A stretch of 64,000 nt of DNA from Paecilomyces variotii (Eukaryota), in NCBI GenBank assembly GCA_004022145.1, contig RCNU01000002.1; one strand, written 5' to 3'. Below the pieces are notes generated by a model, which had not been told where the DNA came from, searched no databases, and saw only the letters and a list, made by a program, of their open reading frames with translations. Below, piece after piece: positions 24,443 to 35,296 of this stretch (within the stretch, counting starts at the first letter, position 1; every line of letters begins with the position of its first letter). The position numbers were made by a program, and so were the translations under genes.

Positions 24443-27400
24443 GATGCAGCCCTCTTCTGTCTCTGTTGGTTTCTTTTGTACCAATCAATACTAAAAAAGC
24501 CCGTTCAAGAGGGCACTTCCTGGATCGGTGTCCAACGAAGAGAAGGGAAAACACCGTCCACGGTGAAAGACGAAAAGAGCAATGGCAGGACGCTGGGCAC
24601 CGCCTAGGCACGGATCGAAGATAATACGGGATGGATGTCCACTAGAGATCGAGGGAAGAGAAGGGGGACCATCAGGTCAGGACCGGGCGGGGAGAGGAAC
24701 TATATACGAGTGCCATTGCGACATCACGGCTACTAGAACAACCGACTAGCCAGTGAATGCAGATGCGACAACCCTGTCCGGAGTAGTAGTAGTAGCGGAC
24801 GTGTCTATACTACTGGGAAGTCTAGATAGTGCAGCCAGCAAAGCTGGTTGGATAGCGGACATCAAAAGACCCTTGGTTCGACTCTGGAGACGGTTAGCGG
24901 GAACGAGGGGGCGAATAGATAAGCGATTTGCCATGGCGAACCAGCTGCGACGTTCTTGTGATGCCGATGCAAGTGGCCGCCGCAGTAGGCTTAGATTGCG
25001 ATGGGAGCCACGCGGGAGCTGCGACGTTGACCTGGACAAGCCGCAGCGGGACATCGTCTGCTCTTTCTCGTCTGGCCCAAGGGGAGAAGCAGAGCAGCGC
25101 AGGGATCGCTACCACGAACGAATCCCAAAGCTTTCTGGGGTTCAACTGACAGTTGGGGGAACCGCTAGAGAACTCGAGTTGGTTAGTTAGATTATAGATA
25201 GAGCAACTCTGATTGTCGACTCCGCCAATCTGGCATTAGTCGCACCATGATACCCGCGATATTCTGGCAGGTGGGGTCTTGCTATCGCTGCGTATGAATA
25301 ATGCTCTGCAGTAATAATCATGAGCATAGAGTCGTTCTTTTGCCTTCGAGAACAGCCACCACGCCACAATCCGGAGTCCGTCGCTGATGCTGGTCAAGCC
25401 TTCCGCCGGATCAAGCTAAGTAGGTAGTATGGCAGTAACTCGAGATCTTCTCGAGGTGGACGATGCTCTCTGCAACGCGCAAGGGGGGAGGGAGCTGGAA
25501 CTCTCGTGGCTCACACCGCTGTCTGTGGTGTACGTTCATTTCATTCGAGATCCAGATGATGATCCTCATCCTTCCATCACAGTTTCGTTCTGATGGAGAT
25601 GACGGACGGTGTCGGACGACTCTGGAGAGTAATGGAGTTTGTCGCTGTCAGCCCGATTTGAGCCACGGGCCATCTTGTTTCGTCCCGCGGGCTCCGCCTA
25701 CTTTCCTGCCGCCAATAAAGCCAAGGCGTCTGCGTCTGGAGGTGATAAGAAGTTTTGTCGGTCGCCTCAACCGATCCAGCTTGAACTCCGCTGCCGCCAC
25801 CATCCAAGCCATTGTCTACGGGGACTCCGTGATTGGTGTCCAGCATGGCCATCCCAGTTGTCATGGTGGCAATCTAGCGAACACAGGAAGATCTTCTGGA
25901 AGACACCAAGAAGGCCCCTCGAGGAACATGGTTATTAGTTATTACCTTATCTATTGGCACATGGCCAGAGAAGCTGAGATTATGTTCTGACATTCCAATC
26001 CAATCCAAGTACGGAGTAGATGAACTTTTGGCTGTCCCGACGCCCAGAAAGGAAAGGCGTTATCACTCACCTTGCCAGCCTCTACCCGGGCCAATCAGAG
26101 ATGTGATATAGTGCTGCCACTAGAGTAGCGTCACGCGGGGCGCGCACGGTCTCTGCTCGCGTGATAAGTATGGTAGATACTGGAGAGTATTATTATTATT
26201 ATTATTTGCCACGAGTCTGTATGACCATAATTAATAATAATAATAGTTAGCTATGCGACAGCTTCATGCTGCCTTCAGCCGGTTGGTTAAAACAGGTCGA
26301 GTTCGCACTGTCCTTAATTCATGGATCAATCGCTATTGTCAGGATCGACTGTCTCGAAATTGTCGCAATTCCCTCGATCCAACCGCTGTTCTCACCAACG
26401 CAATCGCAAACCTCGGCAACGGACAGGATATCTACCAACTGATCGACCTGCAGCCGTCACGGTGACATCGCGCAAGCTCGAACCGGAGCCACCATCGTAT
26501 TTCAGAATCCAAGACCAACAGCGGAGAGACACATCTAATTACAATAACGCATAGTTATTCGTCGCCCGTTTTTCCACAGGAGCCCTGCATCTCTCAAGAG
26601 ACAACTCACCGTCGTTCAACCAGGCCATAGTTCCAGACCTGATCATCCGTTCCTCAGGAACACAGAATCTTCTATAAAGCCTCATGATTGCTCAAATGTA
26701 GTACCATATTCCATGATCCTCGCTCTGTATGCAGGGGTATCACCAAGACTTCGGGCCTCAAGGGCTCAATTAATCCCAGGAAGAAACTGCAAGGTCCAGG
26801 AACTGATCTATGCGCGATCCACCGACCGTGCTGGTCTGGCCTCTCAAACAGTCATTTAAGTTGCCTCTCTTTGTTTGTTTGTTTGGCTACTTTTTTTTAG
26901 TGCCGTCTTGTTGTCTAATACTCGGGAGTGGACCCGACTTTTGTTTGCTATTGTGCGGGAACATACAATAGTTAACTAGTACAAGTCTCTTAATGCGGTT
27001 TCACTTTTTGGTTCTTTGTTGCAACCTCGTGTAAGTCGGCGTCCGGGTCGAGTAGCACATAACTGCATACGCCAAGAATATACCCTCTCGAACAGGTTAA
27101 ACTACAATTAAAAACAACGCATACACACATAACATGCAAGCAGCAATATGGTAATCTGTAGAACCAGAATCGTATCCATGGATGTCAACCCAATTCTCCA
27201 AATCACGTGCATAGAGTCCAAGATCCCCTCTTCCAAAAAGAGAAAGACAACGAGAATGCCCATCTACTTACCGTCCCTAACCGCCCTCACGTGATATCCT
27301 CAAATCCCTCAATCTACTATGCAAGAAACAAATCATCTTATTATGCAACCACGAGGGACAAAAACAGGATATATTGTAGATCAGCAAAGTCAATTTTCCC

Positions 27401-28835
27401 CGCAATAACAAGATAGAGAACTCAGTAACAAAGACCGAGAGTCAAAATAAGCTACGTACTTTTTTCACCCGTTGTGGAGATCTGGGGTAAAATGGAAACT
27501 ATCTTGGACCGTGATGAGGGGAAGGCGAATAGCCTTTGGCCGCTACGCTACGCTACGTAAACTTATATGTACCTAATGAGGATGAGGTGGGAAAAAGGTT
27601 ACTAGTTTTTAGAGGAGGTTAACTTTTAAGTACTTGGTTGGGTGCGTGCGAGAAGGATTAACTAATGTGGGTGGGATGGATCCTGTTATGTAATGGATAC
27701 TACGCTCTTTTGATGATGGCGTTCAGGTTCTGGGGGATTTGCGTGTTTGGGAGATGGAAATCTGGGGAAAGCGGAGATGGGGATGCACGTGGGTTAAATT
27801 GAGATAGGAAGGGTATGGGGATGTGGGAGTTTTGACTTGGTTTTGGGGGGGGTTAGTTGAATGGGATAGATTTGGGGGGATTGTATAGATGATGTGAGGG
27901 GTTTGTTGGCGCATAAAGTGAACGTTAGGTGATCTGTCAATCATCCGTTGTGGCAGGTTGTTTGAATCATAATTCTAGGATCGAATCTACTAGATTACTT
28001 GATTACTTGATTACTAGATCCTTTGTATATCTATAGAGGTAAATATGGGTTCAAATGCCCCCTAGAACTGATCCAAGCAAGCAATTCAACGTGTTCAGCC
28101 TAGACTATGCTTCCCGCTATTCATTATTAACAGATTTCGAAGTGGGTATAAGTTATAGCCCTGGAATATAGGTCAGTTCAAGGAATGTCTGGAGTACTGT
28201 AAGTGGACATAGTAGAGTATGTGGAAGAGGTAGGTAACAAGTTAAGTCGTGAGAAAATCTCGAATATGTGGACTGGTTTACGTGATGACTTCTTGCTTTG
28301 AATTCTGGTTTATGTATTCATAGTTGCTAGTATGTACTGCACGTTTTCGGATACATCAATTGATAATTGCCCGTGGACCCAGCTGGGTGGTGTGCGCTTT
28401 CTAGGTATGGATCGAAGGAATCAAGGGCGCTAGCCACAGGTATGTAGAAGCGCGGAGAGAGTTACCCTATATATATATGTATGAAAGGACAGAAATTTGG
28501 ACCGCCTGCGAATTGAAAGGAAGAGTCAAAGGGGACTTGGGTGCTTATGATAGACAAGAGATATCAACCAGCTACCTTTGGTACGATAGACTACGAAAAT
28601 AGTCTTATATCAAGTCTGCTTGAGGCCCCTGGCCTTTCCATGTGAGCTATTCCTAGATCAGTGAAATCCGAGAATGAGAACGTCCAAATTTTTTTCAGGA
28701 GAGACCGCTGAACATCCAATCATCGCAACTCGGGAATAATAAATTAGATTCGTGAATACTTTCTGCCTTCCTCTATCTTGCTATGGAACACTTTTTCATC
28801 ATCATATCACTTGACAGTCTTGCTTGAAAACGTCT

Positions 28836-29433
28836 TCATGAGCTACCAACCGGTCCCTCGCCTCCAGGAATGAGCTAGACAGTCGTCAGCCAGTGACATC
28901 TCAGCTAATTCAGGGGCAAACTCACCATGCAAACATTGTTGCCGTTAAGGAGAATCTTAGGAAGCTTGATCCGGGCACCCGTGTAGTCGCTTTACAAAAA
29001 TCAGCTACGCATCTCTCCAGGATGACGAGTAACATAAGAGCATTCGAATAGAACACTTCAGATACCAAGCAAGATGCAAAAAGACAACTCAGAGTAACCG
29101 CACTTACAATTCTGTCACGTCTTCCAAGACCATGTCTGATTACACTGTTAGCCACCTGAACATGCAGAATCCATGTTTATGGCAATACTTACTCACGTAG
29201 TCATCAAAACCAAGCAGAGTCCCCGAAAATTCTGAGGCGCGATTAGTAAAATTCTCGGTTTCAAACTTGATCACATTGGGACCAACCCTTGTCGCCTTTC
29301 ATCACAACCCAGATTTTCGAACCAACACACTTGTCAATCAACTCTTCCATTCAGTCAGCGTTGACCCCTCTAGGTAGGATATTACGCTGATAGATATTTA
29401 GCACTCACCGAGAGGAAGAAGTTGGGAGGCCAT
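28836..29433 (-). CDS. LSM5: U6 snRNA-associated Sm-like protein Lsm5 (6 small exons; absent from the ORF track)
   Basis: Five GT-AG introns join to give [83 protein letters not shown]. Confidence 0.97.
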
Positions 29434-29938
29434 TGCGGGGAAGGGGGGAAGAAATTGCTTCTTGATGTAGTCTGATGATCGCTGACACTTGACTATAACA
29501 GGATATCTCTGCTATAAAGTCCTATGTCATATAGGTCAAGGTCGATAAGGCGTTTCTCGAATAAGAATAAGATCGATGATCTAGAGTAGTCTGAGGGTTG
29601 CGATAGGGCTGCCATCGGACCACTCACGCCGGCCTCGGGAGCGGAGGAGAAATTGTTATGCCGTCCCGAAAGATAGTCTAACCTTTACTGGACTAGTGCG
29701 GCATCACGAGATTGGGTGCGCTGTAGCTGTGGACCATTGGTCCACCTCGAAAGTTACCGGAGATCCATGGCTATCTCGATTCAAAGATCTCAGATGATGT
29801 CTCTTTCACAAGCAGTCTCTGAAGAAGGCTGTACTCCATAGCTCTCGCAGTATAGGATCCAACGAAGCAATGCTCTTCGTCCAATAGCAAGCGTTCAGAC
29901 CAACTGAATTGTTCAAGTTTTGGACATCATGATCGTTT

Positions 29939-32900
29939 ATGATGGGGATCCGCCCGCTATTCTCCACGGGCTTAAGGCACCGCCCCTTCGCTACTTCCAG
30001 TGTACACAAGGTTAGCAGCTGCTGTTGTCGTCGAAAGTATGGCAGCCTACAGCAGTACGACCTGCACAGTCTAAGGTTGGTGTGCCTTCAGTTGCCCTTT
30101 GTTCGCTACTGATCCTGGGTGATAGGCGCAGGAGCAATGGATGTGCAATATCTAGTCGGAGGAAGACCAACGGAGCCGTTGCCCCTGATGCTCCTAGAGC
30201 ATATACCTCCAGCTTCACGTGCAGGATGTTTCATTCCACTCCTATTCCCCGTATCGAAATCTCCGACGAAACCCAGGAGGAGTACGAGCTTGAGGACTTC
30301 GCGGATAATGGTTCCAACAGTATATCTGGTGATCTTGGGGCGATGATTCGGAATAGACAAAGAGCTAGGAAACCAGCGGATCTACTGTCGATACGACAAC
30401 AGAAGATGGTCGAGACCGGACAACGCTCTCTGCCTGCGCTTCTGATAGCGGAACAGATCGTGAAACTACGACGAGAATACCGCAGACTCGAGTCTATGTT
30501 TTCTGCATTAACCCCTGTGGACGAGCTGGTTTCAGAGTACCTGTCATTGAAACATGTCTGGCTTGAGCGTCAATTAGCGACGTGCGCTTCGTCAATCATG
30601 GATGCCGAACTCGAACATGGCCGAATCAGAAATGCCCGACTACAAAGGCTTGAAGACCGCTTGGCTGCACTCACCCACTGCATTTCATACTATGATGGCG
30701 TGATGCGCACAACAGAGCGCACATTGAAATTGTTGCAGCTCGAATCGGACATCTCCGCACTAGTGCTATCTACCAGTGACTTGATAGAGGAAGTCGGTGA
30801 ATTTCTCAGGCCATGCATATCCGCTAGAGAAAAGATCAATGACATTCTGGAGAAAATAAAGTCTTTAGGAGATGATTACGAAGACGTCAGACGCATTTTT
30901 CGAATGGCCGAGTCTAATCTGATAATGATACAGCTGGATCTCGAGAATATTAAGAATGATAGACGATATTTCACTCCCGCAGTGCGAGAGATTTTCCATC
31001 ATCATTACATGGCTCTTGGTACGATTATATCATCGACAATGGCAACCTCGCATATCTTCCGCTCATACCATCTTTCGAGGAAACTGTCAGAAGGCCCACT
31101 AGGTCGGGCGTGGTATCCATATCTACTGCGCAAGTATGCAACAGAGAAGAACTCCAGGGATACCAAGTCAGAAACCCGGCGAGACTCTATCATGGCTCTC
31201 ATTTCTCCTCGAAAAGGTCCTCGCAAATCGCCCCGTACAGCAACGGTTCTTCCGCAGACATACGCAAAGATCCTGCAACGGTTCTATTTGAGCAGATTGG
31301 GCAAGAGGAGATCTTCTTCTAACTCCTTGTTGAATATATATTGGAGGCAATTGGATGTTCTGGCCCCTTTCGACCTCATCCTTCGCTCTACAAATATCAT
31401 CTCCAAACGGCTGATGGATCTCGCAAGATCACTCTCCGCAGGGAATAGCGACATGTGGTTAAATATTAGAAGCGATACCCGCGTTATGTTTCGAGAAAAA
31501 ACCAAGAGACTCTTTCGCCGCTGGACCGCTCATCGTTTCGAATTTCTCGCGGCGTACCAGTCACTGGTTTACATCAACTGGCTGCGATTGGAGACCGAGA
31601 ATAAGCTTTATGCTCTTGGTGATCGCACAGTCGGTCATGGAGTTCTTACTCCGCCGAGAAATTTGAGTCATGACACTCGAGCTTTCCTTCGATGGACTTA
31701 TCAAGTGGCGGCCGACGAGGCCGAGATCATCTCATTGACACTAAAAGACAAGCGGACTACGATCTTCAGGATAGCAAATGACGATCCGCCAATGTCCCAT
31801 GAGCAGCGCCAGACGTACAGTGAGATCATGCTGGACTATGGATCTGAAAGTTCTGAAAGTTCTTTCCCCTCGCCGTATGGACGTACTGCAACGAGCATGC
31901 ATCCCCACAAGGTTACAGGTCTTCGACTCGGCCCGTTGCTACGAAAGTCGAGAGCAAAGCCAGTAGCTAAATCAAGGGAAGATTCAGACAGGAAAGCGGA
32001 CCCGAAAGTCGCTACTATGTCGAGGAAGGGTCAAGGATACAAACGCGATGGCTTGAAGAAAATAGATGCGACAAAGACCGAAAAATGGCGCACTTCACCG
32101 CGTCCTCCTAGGTATGGGGATCATGGGCAACCGAGCGCTCCTCGCCGCAGACCATCGGACTGGCGGCTGAAGAGGCAGCAGCAGAAGAAGCACCAGTACT
32201 TGGATAGTGGGCTTAGGAGGGTAAGACAACCCGTCGATTTCGGAAAGTTCTCGTTCAGCAGAAGATCGTATACCTCTGGATCGGCTATCACGCGCGTAGG
32301 CGCAACAGAGATTGGAAGGTGCGATCCAAATCTTGTGCCTGGCCCGAATTCTTCATTGGCACCCGTTGTTAGTTTCGACAGTGAGGGGTGTCGACAGCAG
32401 AATACGGCCACATCTGGGTTGAAGTGCGTTGATGCACGGAACATTTCAGGACCATCTCATGTTTCCGAAAACCAGTTACATACTCCACGATTCTGGAGTC
32501 ATCATTTATATAAAAGGCCCGGGGGGGAGAATATCACGGTCCATTATTGCAAGTCTTTGGAGCGGACTGAACAAGTGTGCAGATATTTCCTCGATAGCCC
32601 CGTTGTAGGCTTCGACATCGAATGGAAGGCACAGGCATCATTATCAGATAGTATTCAAAACAATGTATCTCTGATACAGCTGGCAAATGAGGAACGGATA
32701 GCGTTATTCCAAATCGCGCTATTCAAACCGGCTAAGACGCTCAACGACCTCGTGGCCCCATCGCTCCAGAAAATCCTCGAATCTAGCGATATCACGAAGG
32801 TGGGCGTGTCTATCCGAGCAGACAGTACCCGCCTGCGCAAGTTTCTGGGGATCGATGCACATGGTCTCTTGGAACTCAGCCACCTATATAAGCTGGTGAA

Positions 32901-33342
32901 ATACTCTCAGTCCAATCCAAAAATGGTTAACAAAAGACTGGTGAATCTGAGCCTTCAGGTCGAAGAGCATCTTGGGCTGCCTTTAGACAAAGATGACGAC
33001 GTGAGGCGAAGTGACTGGACCCGGCCGCTGGATTACAGCCAAGTCCAGTGTAAGTTCAAGTACTCGTCCCTGTCTCCAAACGACTAGCTAACCTTACCTT
33101 CAATAGACGCTGCTACAGACCCGTATGCCTGTCTTTGCTTGTTTAACGTCATGGAAGCAAAGAGGAAAGCACTTGATCCTGTTCCGCCGCGCCCGGCTTT
33201 CGTGGAGCTGGATCTTCCTATTCGTTTTGCAAGTGGAGAAGCCGTATCCGTGGATGCAACTCCGGTGGAGGAAACAGCTGGTCCTGATCCTGAAACGTCT
33301 GGATTTTCACATGACGACCGTCCCAAGGAGCGCGGTTTATAG
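29939..33342 (+). CDS. DEDDy 3'-5' exonuclease (WRN-exo/EXD2-like) with a long N-terminal extension and a probable mitochondrial presequence; introns 30037-30125 and 33050-33107
   Basis: ExoI VVGFDIEW, VSLIQLA, KVGVSIRAD, SDWTRPL and ExoIII YAATD. A phase-2 intron links ATG 29939 to the 1020-aa ORF. Confidence 0.82.
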
Positions 33343-33703
33343 ATGAGTTATATATCCTTGTGCATATCCCTGTCTATATTGAGGTTTGCGGCTATGAAAT
33401 TCAGCTTCTGTGTCTTGTATAGATACCACGATGGGATTCTAAAGTTGGTATGATATAGAAGTATACGCAGTTTTAGCTAGTATACATTATTGCAAGGGTT
33501 CGTCTATGAGAATACCATAAATAGAAACTATATATATAACTCAGGATCTTTCTACGATATGCGGAAACGTGCTCGACGTAGGGGTATATTAAGTTGACAT
33601 AGCTAATTGTTTCAGATCATACACAACATCAGACAACATGTTTATACAACGACGCTCAGCCGAAAGGGATACACCATAACGCCAGAAATGCACTGATTTT
33701 CGT

Positions 33704-34837
33704 CTACCCACGCAACGGTAGCACCTTCGACGCCAACACCTCCTGTCGACATAACGGGCATTCCGGTTTCTCGCGAACCCAGTCTCGAATGCAATTCCAA
33801 CAAAAGACATGTCCACACGTAGTCACGCTTGGATCCTTGAACTCGTCTATGCATAGCGTACATTTGCGCTGCTGACCTGCAGGAATCCAGGAAACGGCCG
33901 TGGGGTCTTCTGATAGGTCATAGCGCGGGACCGATGCAGGGAGCAGCGGCGTGGAGGGCGGATTCTGGATGGATCGTGGCACGCTTTCATCCTTCCGAGT
34001 CGGCGCTCTGGATTCAGAAACAACATCGTCCTTTCCTTCCTGTACAGACGCCAGGGTCTGTCGGATGTGGATGACTCCCTGTACGGTCATCTGTAAGACC
34101 AGCAGGACTCCTAGAACTTCGTAGCCAATGCGCTGCTCACTCTCTCCGATTTTCTTCGTGAAGACGTAGCGCAGACCCCAGAAGCGCTTGGAAAGGTGGT
34201 AGTACGCCCCTGTAAAGTAAAACGTCGCTAGACTAAGCGCATAGATTGGTGAGAGGGAGGTAATCGAGTCGAGATGCTCGAGAATGTACGACTGCACGCG
34301 GAGCTTGGTGAAGAATGTATTCTCTCTCCCTTTCTTCTGTGCAGATAGCTTGACGGATCCAGTCCGTTGAGCTTTCTTCGCTTGCTCGCGCGCGACGTTT
34401 CGCTCGAGCTTCAGACGGAGTCGCTGTCGGAACGAGGGCAGGATGCGTTGCAGGACCCATGGTAGTAGAATACTGCTCACGATATAGCCCGCCCTCCGCA
34501 CAATCGATGGGAATTGTAGCGTGTCATCTTCCAACTGAACGACGTCGCAGTATTCCTCGCCTAGTGTCCGGTTGCCGAGCAGGGTGGTGAGGGAGAAGTA
34601 GAGGAGCTCTGTTAGACGCTTGATGGCGTCTGTATGGACGTGGGCATATCGAGCACCGCGCAGAGATCGGGCGATCGATTGTGCTTGGCTCGTCAGTGTA
34701 CTGGTGATGAAGGCGTCCTTCTCGTGAGAGCGGATGATGTCCGGTGACGTTGCGAAAGGGTAGAAGTGCGGCGCAGGAGCAGGAGCAGAACTCGCAGAAG
34801 CTCCCTCTGGAGACGGTCCTGAGCTATCGTCTGCCAT
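33704..34837 (-). CDS. PEX10: Peroxisomal RING E3 ligase Pex10 (intronless)
   Basis: PDIIRSHEKD, TLGEEYCD, YYHLSKR, GYEVLG and the C3HC4 RING CTLC...CGHVFCWNC...CPLCR. Confidence 0.97.
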   Translation of the reverse strand: MADDSSGPSPEGASASSAPAPAPHFYPFATSPDIIRSHEKDAFITSTLTSQAQSIARSLRGARYAHVHTDAIKRLTELLYFSLTTLLGNRTLGEEYCDVVQLEDDTLQFPSIVRRAGYIVSSILLPWVLQRILPSFRQRLRLKLERNVAREQAKKAQRTGSVKLSAQKKGRENTFFTKLRVQSYILEHLDSITSLSPIYALSLATFYFTGAYYHLSKRFWGLRYVFTKKIGESEQRIGYEVLGVLLVLQMTVQGVIHIRQTLASVQEGKDDVVSESRAPTRKDESVPRSIQNPPSTPLLPASVPRYDLSEDPTAVSWIPAGQQRKCTLCIDEFKDPSVTTCGHVFCWNCIRDWVREKPECPLCRQEVLASKVLPLRG

Positions 34838-34920
34838 GGTGGGTGAGTTGGAGAGAGTAGAGTACGTTGCTGCTCTCAGACGAGCAGAGCGTGGATAAAG
34901 GCGGATATCAAGCAGCCCAA

Positions 34921-35047
34921 CCTCGGTCTACTCGGTCTGTATCTATCTCGGTCTAGAGTGCTATGATCTGACTAAGAGGGCGAATCCGGGGTGACCGCCA
35001 CGTGACTTGCCGCGGCAGCTCCCACGTGATATGATACACATCACGTG
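34921..35047. promoter_or_regulatory. PEX10/ERD1 divergent promoter: CCTCGG core with three CTCGGTCT repeats and three CACGTG E-boxes
   Basis: CTCGGTCT at 34922, 34931 and 34947. CACGTG at 34999, 35023 and 35042. Confidence 0.5.
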
Positions 35048-35296
35048 AGAGGCGCGGACGAAGTGGGCTCTGGCTTGACCGTCTCAGTAAGGCTTGATCC
35101 TTGGCTGGAGTCGAGACCGGCCAGTCCACCGCGACCGGACTCTGCGTCCAGATCAATTATAACTACTAATTGCTGCGTCTGAAACGCCTGTCCGATGTCC
35201 CTCACCTCCAGTCGCTCTTTATCTTTCTGATTCTTGTCTTTCTGCCATTTCTTTCTCTTTGCAGTACCGGGGTTTTGCAGCGGACCGCTCGATGTA

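Noticed and set aside
24746-26554. Several 60-175 aa ORFs upstream of the permease
   Set aside because: Overlapping on both strands with random-looking composition and no domains.
27018-27070. HDV-like ribozyme (CCTCG loop motif)
   Set aside because: P1 would not start with a paired G of the right length, and P1.1/P2 could not be built.
27275-27282. CCCTAACC as a telomerase RNA template, with ATAAGT at 28148 as a possible 3'-processing site
   Set aside because: An 8-mer is expected by chance in 64 kb, and I could not identify a convincing pseudoknot, CR4/5 domain or Sm site in the right order. Kept only as a hypothesis to test for the nearby structured element.
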